Part shown: positions 43,621 to 51,688 of the stretch, piece by piece
Layout: every line of letters starts with the position of its first letter
How positions within the stretch are numbered: the stretch's first letter is position 1
From: Gemmatimonadota bacterium
Lineage (GTDB): Bacteria > Gemmatimonadota > Gemmatimonadetes > Gemmatimonadales > GWC2-71-9
NCBI GenBank assembly: GCA_041691295.1
Contig: JBEPVA010000002.1
Span: 4,271-68,270, forward strand
Direction: 5' to 3'
DNA length: 64,000 bases
Notes under the pieces: model-generated
Databases searched by the model: none
What the model saw: only the letters and a program-made list of their open reading frames with translations
What the model was told of the DNA's origin: nothing
Translations under genes and position numbers: made by a program

Positions 43621-45040
43621 GCTTGACCATCCGCCCCGCCGGCATCGTGGTCGAGCTGTCCACCCGGTTGATCAGGCTGAGCTCGGCCAGCGACACCACA
43701 CTGGGCGAGGACCGCTGCAACTCGCTCAGGGTGGTCGGCCGGGTCAGCTTCTCGATCTTGAGCCGCTTGGGCTGGATGTTGAGGACTGCGGGGTCAGTCA
43801 CCGGCCGGAAACTCCCCAGCGCGGACCGCAGCAGGTTCTGGTACTGGGGCCACTTGTCGGCCGTAGTGTATCCCACCAGCGCGTAGGTCTTCCCGTCATA
43901 GGACACGAATGATGCCCGCCCGCGGACCACTCCTTGTTCGCTGGTCTGCTGGAAGTCGCCCGAGACTGCCGGCTGCCCGCCGATCGACTCACGGGTCAGT
44001 GGCGTGGCGGTGATGCCCTGCCCCGCAAAGGCGGCCCGGGCGGCGGAATCCGGAGTGCCCTGCGCCAGGCTGATCTGCACCATGGCATCCTGGCCACTGC
44101 TGATGCCCATGACGCCGCTGGCCTGGTTCTGGGTCGGCCAGCCATCGGGAAAGGTGAACTGGAACCTGAAGTCGGGATGATAGAACACCGGGCCGACAAA
44201 ATATCCATCGCGGGGGTTTTCACCGTAAATCATTCCGTCGATGATCTTGAGATACACCTCCCGGCCGGCATACAGCGAATCGAAATTGACCTTGGTCTCG
44301 GCCAGTCGCTGTTCGGTAGCCTGGATGCGGTCCGCCGGCGCCGGATGGGTTGATTGCCAGTCCGGTACCTTGCTGCCGCCCGCCGCCTGGGTCACTCCAT
44401 CGAGGGTAATGAACACATCCTTCATGGCGCGGACATCGTATTTCGTCTTCAATGCGTACCTGAATCCCAGCATATCGGCTTGCGACTCATCCCCTCGGCT
44501 GTAACTGAGGAACAGCAGCTGGAGCCCCTGTTGTGCCACACCGGCATACTGTGAAAACGTCTTCGAGGCCAGGCTGCCGGCCACCAGTCCCACCTGGGCA
44601 ATCTCCTGCCGGGTGATCTGGCGGGCCGAATGGCGGGCGGTGACGTGGCCGGTCTCGTGGCCGATGACCGTGGCCAGCTCGGCCTCGGAATTCATGTCGG
44701 TCAGCAGGCCGCGGGTGACGAAGATGTAGCCGCCCGGCAGCGCAAAGGCGTTGACGCCCGGATCGTCGACCACGTGAAATTCCCATGGCAGCCCCGGCCG
44801 CTCGCCGGCGGCGGCCAGCTTGTGGCCGATCTGGCTGACGTAGCGCTGCACCGCATCGTCGGGATAGTAGGGCGTGGCCAGCGGCACCTGGGCGGCGGCG
44901 GCCTTCCCCATCTCGATTTCCTGCGACTCGGAAACCAGGCTTATCTCGTTCTGCCCGGTCGCCGGATTGGTGGCACACGATTCTATCAGGCACAGTCCGG
45001 CGACCAGGGTCGCGCGGCTGACAAATGTTTTCAGTTCCAT
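43604..45040 (-). CDS. M48 family zinc metallopeptidase (secreted/periplasmic)
   Basis: ..ELATVIGHETGHVTARH.. (HExxH) and an N-terminal hydrophobic signal-like segment from Met at 45040 (MELKTFVSRATLVAGLCLIESC). The last codons and stop lie inside a heptamer repeat. Confidence 0.8.
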   Translation of the reverse strand: MELKTFVSRATLVAGLCLIESCATNPATGQNEISLVSESQEIEMGKAAAAQVPLATPYYPDDAVQRYVSQIGHKLAAAGERPGLPWEFHVVDDPGVNAFALPGGYIFVTRGLLTDMNSEAELATVIGHETGHVTARHSARQITRQEIAQVGLVAGSLASKTFSQYAGVAQQGLQLLFLSYSRGDESQADMLGFRYALKTKYDVRAMKDVFITLDGVTQAAGGSKVPDWQSTHPAPADRIQATEQRLAETKVNFDSLYAGREVYLKIIDGMIYGENPRDGYFVGPVFYHPDFRFQFTFPDGWPTQNQASGVMGISSGQDAMVQISLAQGTPDSAARAAFAGQGITATPLTRESIGGQPAVSGDFQQTSEQGVVRGRASFVSYDGKTYALVGYTTADKWPQYQNLLRSALGSFRPVTDPAVLNIQPKRLKIEKLTRPTTLSELQRSSPSVVSLAELSLINRVDSSTTMPAGRMVKRVVSR

Positions 45041-45053
45041 CGGTACGCTCCCG

Positions 45054-45617
45054 CTATGCGTGAGGCCAGCGCCATCCGAACATGCCGGCTGTGAGGCAAC
45101 CATAGATCACGGCACCCAGCAGATCCTTCATGGCAACCGACCAGGGCCGTGCAAACCAGACCGAATGAGCAAAATTCCCGAAACCGTACGCCATCGAGCC
45201 CGCGATGGCGATCGGACAGAACACGGTCATGTACGCCGAACCGACCGGAAGCAGGCCGCAGGCCATCCATGCCAGGCCGAGCGAGGTGACCAGGCAGACC
45301 ACGAACCACTGTCCGAGCACCGGACCCATCGCGAATACACCGGGCGACCGCAGGATCAGCAGAGCGTTGGGCCCCTGGTTGTACTTGGCCACCATCTCGG
45401 CGCTCCCCATCAGCTTCATGTCGGCGCAGTACGGCACGACGTACTGCCCCGCCGGAGGCAAGTTCTTGAGCATTGCCGCCCTGAATCCCTCTTCGTCGGG
45501 CAGCTTGCCGAAATCATTCTTGTGCAGCGGAGTGACCATGTGGATCAGGGCGCTGGCAAAAAAGACCAGGACCGCCGACCCGATGATCGGAATCCAGAGC
45601 ATGCCGAGGGTTACCAT
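45054..45617 (-). CDS. hypothetical polytopic membrane protein
   Basis: 187 aa with several hydrophobic helices (MLWIPIIGSAVLVFFASALI.., ..VLGQWFVVCLVTSLGLAWMACGLL..). No family recognised. Confidence 0.55.
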   Translation of the reverse strand: MVTLGMLWIPIIGSAVLVFFASALIHMVTPLHKNDFGKLPDEEGFRAAMLKNLPPAGQYVVPYCADMKLMGSAEMVAKYNQGPNALLILRSPGVFAMGPVLGQWFVVCLVTSLGLAWMACGLLPVGSAYMTVFCPIAIAGSMAYGFGNFAHSVWFARPWSVAMKDLLGAVIYGCLTAGMFGWRWPHA

Positions 45618-45886
45618 GGGGTCAGGCCTCGAGGCTGAAGGGAAGAAAACGGAAGGGCAACGAACGAACGGAGAGACACCGATTGTCCCGTGGAACTGCC
45701 AGCATCACTGCATGGCGGCAGGACGGCTTGAAGCCGTGGCCACGGCGCGGATCGGTCCGCGATTTTCCGCGTCGTACCTGCGTACGCGGTCATCCGCGAT
45801 CAGTTCGGAGAGCGAGTGCGGAAACAGAGCAGAGCGGCGGCCATGGCCGGAAATTGGGCCCGGACCGGAATCACTGCAAGTGGCGC

Positions 45887-46438
45887 TTACGATTGAGTCC
45901 GCCGGGACAGCCACATCTGCCAGCAAAGCCAGAACCCGAGCCAGACACTGGCGAGGAAGACGATCATGCCGCCTGCTTTGACCAGCGCCGCGATCCTGGT
46001 ATCGCTCGACAGGGCGTTGAAGTGGTCGAGCAGCCAGTTCCAGTCATGCTCGGGGTCATCGCTGAATCCGACTAGCGGGAGCTCCTCGGCCCGTGCGTCC
46101 CCGATATAGACCGCCAGGTTGGCCATGCTCGACGCCAGCCAGGTCCCGCCGACGGCCACGCCGTAGAAATCGCCCTGGCGGTAGAGCATGACGGCCACAA
46201 GAATCGGAATGGCGAGTTGGGTAATGCTGCCGCCGGCGATCGTCAGTGTCTCCCCGAACGGCGAGAACAGGATGTGACCCATTTCATGGAAGCCGAGGGT
46301 CAGGCCGGAGTAGATGTGGTAGAACTCATAGTCCTGGAACTGCCGCCAGCCGGCCCAGGCCAAAAACAGCAGGAGCAGCAGCCGCAGTTCCGGCCGCCGC
46401 CCCTGACACCACGCCCTGGCTTCATTGAAACAGCTCAT
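45887..46438 (-). CDS. hypothetical membrane protein with HExxH motif (putative membrane-embedded metalloprotease-like)
   Basis: Start taken at the internal Met (MSCFNEARAW..) to avoid overlap with the S41 gene. ..LTLGFHEMGHILFSPFGE.. lies within or adjacent to hydrophobic helices. Confidence 0.5.
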   Translation of the reverse strand: MSCFNEARAWCQGRRPELRLLLLLFLAWAGWRQFQDYEFYHIYSGLTLGFHEMGHILFSPFGETLTIAGGSITQLAIPILVAVMLYRQGDFYGVAVGGTWLASSMANLAVYIGDARAEELPLVGFSDDPEHDWNWLLDHFNALSSDTRIAALVKAGGMIVFLASVWLGFWLCWQMWLSRRTQS

Positions 46439-46490
46439 CCAGTGATCATCCGCAGATTGCGCAGATTCCACCGATTGATCATGCCCGCGA

Positions 46491-46513
46491 GCGCCGATCG
46501 CCGAAATCGGCGC
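46491..46513 (-). terminator. hairpin downstream of ctpA (no U-tract)
   Basis: GCGCCGAT-7 nt-ATCGGCGC, a perfect 8-bp stem, 17 nt after the ctpA stop on the minus strand. Confidence 0.35.
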
Positions 46514-46529
46514 ACTCTGCGGATGGTTC

Positions 46530-48086
46530 CTAGGATCCCATCGCCAGAGCAAACAGCTCCGGCTGGGTATGCCCCCGCTGCGCCAGCGTCAGCGCCTCGC
46601 GCAGCTGGCGATCCTTGACCATGGCGTGGCGCGTTGCGGTTGAATCGCCAAACGCCACCCGCGCCACCCGCCATTCAATCAGCCGGTCGAGATAGCTGGC
46701 CCCAGCGTCATACACCGCCCGATCGACGGTGATCCCCTTGGCGGTCAGCCGCTTCCAGTAGTCCTCACGCCAGGCCGGCTGGTATGTAAAGTTCGGGGTC
46801 AATGAGGGCCGGAGCTGCGTGGCCATGTCGTACAGCACCAGGTACGCCTCCTGGCCGTGCGGCGCCAGGGCCAGCTGCAGCTTTCGCTCCGCATCAGTCA
46901 GGGTGTCGCCGCGGACGACCCGATCTGGAGTAATGCCACCACCGCCGTAGACCGGCCGGCCCGACTCTGAACGAAAGACTGGCCGAATACTGTCCGCCTT
47001 GGTGGAGTCGGCCGGGATTTCTTCGAGGCGCCCGTCTGCGCCCCGCCGCCGCGGACGCTGAATCGAGCGGCCACTCGGCGTGAGCCAGCGTCCGCTGGTC
47101 AGCTTGAGCAACCAGCCGCCCGACAATGGCATTGCGGTCTGGACCAGTCCCTTGCCATAGGAAATCGTCCCCAGCACCAGCGCCCGGTCATGATCTTGCA
47201 AGGCGCCCGCCACAATTTCCGTGGCTGAGGCGGACCCGCCGTCGACCAGTACAATGAGCGGAAGGTTGGGGGCCAGCGGCTGCTTTGGGGCCCGGTAGAT
47301 CTCGGGTGCCGGATCCCGGCTCTTCACTCGATAGATCTCTTCACCAGCGGGCAGGAAGAGGTTGGCCACCTGCACCGCCTGGTCGGTGTAGCCCCCGCCA
47401 TTGCCACGCATATCCAGGATCAGCGCCTTGGCGCCGGCTGCCAGCACCTTGCGCACCGCCGCCTCGGTCTCGTCGCCCGACTTCTCGGTGAACTGCTGCA
47501 GCGGCAGGTAGCCGACCCCGCCGTCGAGGACGATGGCGTACGGTGCTCCCGGAATCCGGACCACCGCACGCTCGAACTTGAGTTCCATCGGCTTGACCAT
47601 ACCAGCCCGATGGAAGGTGACTCTGACCGGAGTGCCGGGCGGTCCCTTCATGGCGGTGGTCACGTCCAGGAACTTCATCCCCGCGGTCGGCTTGCTGTCG
47701 ACGGCCATGATCTCGTCGCCCTCGAGCACCCCGCCCCGCTCACCGGGCGAATTGGGGAAGACTCGCATCACGGTGAAATGGGTCTCATGATCCTCAAGCA
47801 GCAATCCCACGCCGGCGTATCGTCCCGCGATCTGGACATTGAAATCGGCCAGATCCTTGGGGCTCACCAGTTCAGCGTAGGGATCACCGAGGCGATCGAC
47901 CAATCCGTAGGCCGCCTCCTGGTACAGCGAGTCGACGCTGGCGGAATCGACGTAGCGGCCGGCGACGGCGCCGAGCACCTGGCCGAACAGCCTGGCGCCA
48001 TCGGTGCTGGTCTGCTGGCCCGCCAGAACAGTGGCGGTGGCGAATGTCAGGAAAAGCGTCGACAGGGTCAGGCGGCGCGAAGGCAT
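46530..48086 (-). CDS. ctpA: S41 family C-terminal processing (tail-specific) peptidase with PDZ domain
   Basis: Signal peptide from MPSRRLTLSTLFLTFATATVLAGQ. PDZ-like ..VMRVFPNSPGERGGVLEGDEIMAVD.. Catalytic ..LVDGGSASATEIVAGALQDH.. (Ser) and ..GKGLVQT.. (Lys). Confidence 0.85.
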   Translation of the reverse strand: MPSRRLTLSTLFLTFATATVLAGQQTSTDGARLFGQVLGAVAGRYVDSASVDSLYQEAAYGLVDRLGDPYAELVSPKDLADFNVQIAGRYAGVGLLLEDHETHFTVMRVFPNSPGERGGVLEGDEIMAVDSKPTAGMKFLDVTTAMKGPPGTPVRVTFHRAGMVKPMELKFERAVVRIPGAPYAIVLDGGVGYLPLQQFTEKSGDETEAAVRKVLAAGAKALILDMRGNGGGYTDQAVQVANLFLPAGEEIYRVKSRDPAPEIYRAPKQPLAPNLPLIVLVDGGSASATEIVAGALQDHDRALVLGTISYGKGLVQTAMPLSGGWLLKLTSGRWLTPSGRSIQRPRRRGADGRLEEIPADSTKADSIRPVFRSESGRPVYGGGGITPDRVVRGDTLTDAERKLQLALAPHGQEAYLVLYDMATQLRPSLTPNFTYQPAWREDYWKRLTAKGITVDRAVYDAGASYLDRLIEWRVARVAFGDSTATRHAMVKDRQLREALTLAQRGHTQPELFALAMGS

Positions 48087-48095
48087 TGGCTCTGG

Positions 48096-48238
48096 TCCGG
48101 GATGAACGGGATTCGGGGGTCCAGCCTGCATGGCAATCTACGCAGAGCCGAGGCTCGATGTTCCAGCCGGGCAACGTCGGGAATTTCCGCAGTGCGCCTG
48201 GTGTCGCTGGTCACAGCCGGAACGCCGTTCATCCCGGA
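48096..48238. promoter_or_regulatory. 14-bp perfect inverted repeat pair TCCGGGATGAACGG / CCGTTCATCCCGGA separated by 115 nt in the divergent ctpA / hydrolase promoter region
   Basis: 48096-48109 is the exact reverse complement of 48225-48238. Confidence 0.5.
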
Positions 48239-48313
48239 TCGCTGGCCGGGGCGGGCCTTCTTCCCGACAATGGTGCCGGAACGGTGGTAGGGTCATCAAT
48301 CCGGGGAGGTCCC

Positions 48314-49384
48314 ATGTCGCGCCAGCAATCCTTCAGTGTCTTTGCCCTGCTTAGTCTCCTGCTGGCCGCTGGCTGTGCCAGGTTTGCCCGGGACACCCCG
48401 GCCTATCTCGACCGGGTCGAGGCGCCAACACCGCTGGCCGGCCGGATCGACTCGGCCATGACCGCGCTGGAGCGACAGGGCTTTGCCGGCACCGTGCTCG
48501 TCGCCCAGGGCACTCACATGGTCCTGTATCGGGGCTACGGCATTGCCGACGCCACCACTGGCACCCGGGCCTCCGCCCTGACGCGCTATCCGCTCGGCGC
48601 GGTGGCCAATCAGTTCACCGCGGCGGCGGTGCTGCAGCTGCAGTCGGCCGGCCGGCTCCGCGCCGGCGATCGGGTGGGTCAATTTGATCGTGAGGCCAGC
48701 GCCGAGTTGAGCGGTGCGACGCTGCATGAACTGCTCACCCGGAGCCGGGAGCCGCTCGAATACGCCACCACAACCGGACTGGCCGCTCCCGCCGCCTTCC
48801 GGGACAATGCTCCGCTGCTGGCACTGCCGCTGCAGGAGCAGTTCCGCGCTTCGGGAATGAGCTACGCCGAGCTCGAAAAGGTCGTGGCTGCCGCATCGGG
48901 TCAACCGTATGCCGACTATCGCCAGCAGCGGATCCTGGCGCCCAGCCGAATGGACCGGACGCTCGACGCGGCGTGGACCGGCCCCGCCGACCAGGTGGCG
49001 CTCGGCAACAGCTTCGGTCGGGAGACCACAATCAAGGCCTCAGGGTTGGTAGGCCCACTCTCCGATCTCTATCGCTGGCATCTGGCGCTCGAGGGAGAGG
49101 CACCGCTTGACGCCCGGGCCCGCGACGGGCTGATCACCCCGGGCAGCAATGGCTATGCACCGGGCTGGGTGGTCGGTGAGACCGCCGGTGGAGACGTGCT
49201 GCTGCAGCATGTGGGAGACACCGAAGGGTTCCAACTCTGGACAGCGTGGCTCCCCGAGAGCGACACCGTAATCCTTCTGGGCATCAACAGCGATATCGGC
49301 TGGCGCAACCTGGCCAGCGAGATGCTGCTCGGGCTGGTAGCGGGCAACCGCGGAGGGCCACCTCAACGGAGTGCCTCGCGGTAG
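48314..49384 (+). CDS. beta-lactamase-fold serine-hydrolase homologue, probable lipoprotein, catalytic SxxK apparently lost
   Basis: MSRQQSFSVFALLSLLLAAGC (lipobox-like), GGGAGG Shine-Dalgarno. Family-typical ..GYGIAD...YPLGAVANQFTAAAVLQLQSAGRL.. but with A-V-A-N where S-x-x-K is expected. Confidence 0.65.
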   Translation: MSRQQSFSVFALLSLLLAAGCARFARDTPAYLDRVEAPTPLAGRIDSAMTALERQGFAGTVLVAQGTHMVLYRGYGIADATTGTRASALTRYPLGAVANQFTAAAVLQLQSAGRLRAGDRVGQFDREASAELSGATLHELLTRSREPLEYATTTGLAAPAAFRDNAPLLALPLQEQFRASGMSYAELEKVVAAASGQPYADYRQQRILAPSRMDRTLDAAWTGPADQVALGNSFGRETTIKASGLVGPLSDLYRWHLALEGEAPLDARARDGLITPGSNGYAPGWVVGETAGGDVLLQHVGDTEGFQLWTAWLPESDTVILLGINSDIGWRNLASEMLLGLVAGNRGGPPQRSASR

Positions 49385-49414
49385 GTACCGCAAGCCGGGC
49401 AGCACGGCAGGCTT

Positions 49415-49440
49415 CGAAGGGGTGTCAACACGCCCCTTCG
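49415..49440 (+). terminator. hairpin downstream of the hydrolase gene (no U-tract)
   Basis: CGAAGGGGTGT-CAAC-ACGCCCCTTCG, an 11-bp stem including one G-U, 30 nt after the stop. Confidence 0.45.
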
Positions 49441-49479
49441 TCGCATGTGTGAATGATCTTCGGCTCGGGCGTCCTTAGC

Positions 49480-49488
49480 ACGCCGTTC
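49480..49488 (+). promoter_or_regulatory. ACGCCGTTC box (AlgR/LytTR-like core CCGTTC)
   Basis: The exact 9-mer also occurs at 48222-48230 and 49661-49669, all in intergenic DNA on the plus strand. Confidence 0.35.
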
Positions 49489-49550
49489 GGAAAGGGGCGG
49501 CATCGCCTGGTGGGAACCGGTTCCTCTCTTGCGGAACCCCCAGGAGGCTT

Positions 49551-49591
49551 CGGGGAGGCGGCACTTGCCGTCTCCCCGTTGCATTTGTGTG
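49551..49591 (+). terminator. strong rho-independent terminator-like hairpin inside the 370-nt intergenic region
   Basis: CGGGGAGGCGGC-ACTT-GCCGTCTCCCCG (12-bp stem, one G-U) followed by TTGCATTTGTGTG. Confidence 0.6.
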
Positions 49592-49660
49592 CACCCGGGC
49601 GCGCTCGCTCGTCATCGGTCGGACAGCATGCACATTCACGGCCGACTGGTCCCCGAAATG

Positions 49661-49669
49661 ACGCCGTTC
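49661..49669 (+). promoter_or_regulatory. ACGCCGTTC box (AlgR/LytTR-like core CCGTTC), 85 nt upstream of the LytS-type kinase start
   Basis: Exact 9-mer repeat of 49480-49488 and 48222-48230. Reads ACGCCGTTCGCC. Confidence 0.35.
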
Positions 49670-49753
49670 GCCCCTTCGAGACCCGGTGGCGCCCAGCCAC
49701 GAAACGCCGCCGCGCATCGGGGCGTATCGTTCTATCTCAGTCTCGTCGAGCCA

Positions 49754-50926
49754 ATGAACTCATTCAGCCGATGGATCGAAGGGCCCGGACCTTCGAGCGA
49801 GCACTGGCGCCGGGCCGGTATCACCGCGGCAATCATTGCGGGTGGTTGGACCACCTTTGGCGTGGTGTCATTCGGACAGGCGTGGCTGTACTACACCCTG
49901 CCCGGCGCCGGTCGGGAACCGCCCATCCACCTGTTCATGCTGGCCATGGGCAGTGCCTGGATCTGGGCGCTGCTCACCCCGCTGGCACTCTGGTGGTCTG
50001 CACGCGTGGTCAGGAGTCCAGCTCGCTGGGCCCGTATTCTTGGCCTCCACATACTGGCGGGAGTCGCCTTCATCGTGGTGTCGACCGGCCTGGAGCGCAG
50101 CCTTGCCACGCTGCTGCTCGGGACGCCGGGACCATCCTTTGCCCGCAGCCTGCTCTATCGGTTCGACAGCCGGTTCCTGGCGTATCTCATCATCGTGACC
50201 CTGGCCCAGGTCAGCCGCATCCTGACGCTGTCTCGCGACCGCCAGCTGGAATCGGCCCAGCTCGCCACTCAGCTGGCCCGGGCCGAGTTGCAGGTGCTCA
50301 AGATGCAACTGCAGCCGCACTTCCTGTTCAATGCCCTGAATGCTATTTCGGAGCTGGTGCACCAGGATCCCGGTACCGCCGATCGGCTGATCGGGCGACT
50401 GGGTCACCTGCTGAGGCTGTCGCTGGACCAGGCCGCTGGCCACCAGATGGTGCCGCTGCGACAGGAGCTCGAATTTCTGTGGGCTTACCTCGAGATCGAA
50501 CAGACCCGGTTCGGCACTCGGCTGGCCGTGGAAATCGTGGCCGGGCTCGAAGTGCTCGATGCCGCGGTGCCAACTTTGCTGCTACAGCCGCTAGTCGAGA
50601 ACGCCATCCGCCACGGCGCCGCCCAGCGTTCCGAGGGCGGCCGCGTCAGCCTGCGGGCTCGCCGGGACGAGGAGCGGCTGCGGATCGTGGTCGAGGACAA
50701 CGGTCCAGGGTTTCCCGAAGCCGAGTCGAGTTTGCCGGCCGGACTCGGACTGCGCAATACCCGTGAACGGCTGCGCCAGCTGTACGGCGCCGATCATCGC
50801 TTCCGCCTGGCCAACGCCCCAGAAGGCGGGGCGCGCCTGCTGCTTGAGGTACCGTTCCGCGAAATCAGCCAGGCCAATACCCCACTTCACCTCCGGGCGG
50901 TCCCGCGCCCGCCGGTCCGGCGATGA
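49754..50926 (+). CDS. LytS/YehU-type sensor histidine kinase
   Basis: N-terminal multi-TM region, then ..AELQVLKMQLQPHFLFNALNAISELV.. (His_kinase PF06580-type H-box) and HATPase (..NAIRHGA.., ..DNGPGF.., ..GLGLRNTRERL..). Confidence 0.85.
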   Translation: MNSFSRWIEGPGPSSEHWRRAGITAAIIAGGWTTFGVVSFGQAWLYYTLPGAGREPPIHLFMLAMGSAWIWALLTPLALWWSARVVRSPARWARILGLHILAGVAFIVVSTGLERSLATLLLGTPGPSFARSLLYRFDSRFLAYLIIVTLAQVSRILTLSRDRQLESAQLATQLARAELQVLKMQLQPHFLFNALNAISELVHQDPGTADRLIGRLGHLLRLSLDQAAGHQMVPLRQELEFLWAYLEIEQTRFGTRLAVEIVAGLEVLDAAVPTLLLQPLVENAIRHGAAQRSEGGRVSLRARRDEERLRIVVEDNGPGFPEAESSLPAGLGLRNTRERLRQLYGADHRFRLANAPEGGARLLLEVPFREISQANTPLHLRAVPRPPVRR

Positions 50927-51666
50927 ATCCGGTCAGTGTCATCGTCGCCGACGACGAGCCACTGGGGCGCCAGCGCATCGTCCGGCTCCTGGCCCGCGAA
51001 CCCGACGCCCAGATCGTGGCGGTTTGCGCCGACGGTCCCACCGCGCTCGCCGCGGTGCGCCGCTACAACCCGGACCTGCTCTTTCTCGATGTCCAGATGC
51101 CATCGCTGGACGGCTTCAGTGTGATTAAGCAGGCCAGCGCCGGCGGCCGCCCCGCGGTGGTCTTCGTCACGGCCCATGACCAGTATGCCCTGCAGGCCTT
51201 TGACGCCGATGCACTCGATTACCTCCTCAAGCCGTTTGACGAGGAGCGGTTTCACCGAGCCTACCTCCGGGCCCGCGAGCGGCTCAATCGGCCTCCGGAA
51301 AAGGAACCCACCCCGATCACGGAAGGAATGCATCCTGACCGGCTGGCCGTGAAGCGGGAGGGGGCGGTTTATTTCGTGAAGATCGCGGACGTCGACTGGG
51401 TCGAGGCGGCCAGCAACTATGTCCGCCTGCATACCGGGCAGGAAACGCACCTGCTGCGTGAATCGATGACCGGGATCGGAGCCCGGCTCGACCCCCGCCG
51501 CTTCCTGCGAATCCATCGGACCGCGATCGTCAACGTCGACCGGATCCGCGAACTGCAGCCGTGGTTCTCCGGCGAGTACATTGTGATTCTGCAAGACGGT
51601 ACCAAGTTGAAAGTGAGCCGAGGCTACCGGAATGTGGTCACCCAGTGGCTGGGCAAGGCATGCTGA
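50923..51666 (+). CDS. LytTR/AlgR-family response regulator
   Basis: REC (..VIVADDEPLGR.., ..LLFLDVQMPSLDG..) plus a C-terminal LytTR DNA-binding domain (..YFVKIADVDWVEAASNYVRLHTGQETHLLRESM..RIHRTAIVNVDRI..). Confidence 0.9.
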   Translation: MNPVSVIVADDEPLGRQRIVRLLAREPDAQIVAVCADGPTALAAVRRYNPDLLFLDVQMPSLDGFSVIKQASAGGRPAVVFVTAHDQYALQAFDADALDYLLKPFDEERFHRAYLRARERLNRPPEKEPTPITEGMHPDRLAVKREGAVYFVKIADVDWVEAASNYVRLHTGQETHLLRESMTGIGARLDPRRFLRIHRTAIVNVDRIRELQPWFSGEYIVILQDGTKLKVSRGYRNVVTQWLGKAC

Positions 51667-51688
51667 ACCCTCTGACGGAACAGGACCC

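Noticed and set aside
49518-49532. sigma54-like GG-N10-GC spacing (CGGTTCCTCTCTTGC) upstream of the LytS-type kinase.
   Set aside because: - Only the GG, the spacing and TTGC match. The -24 element (TGGCAC) is poorly matched.
- The sequence is better explained as part of the alternative hairpins at 49513-49538.
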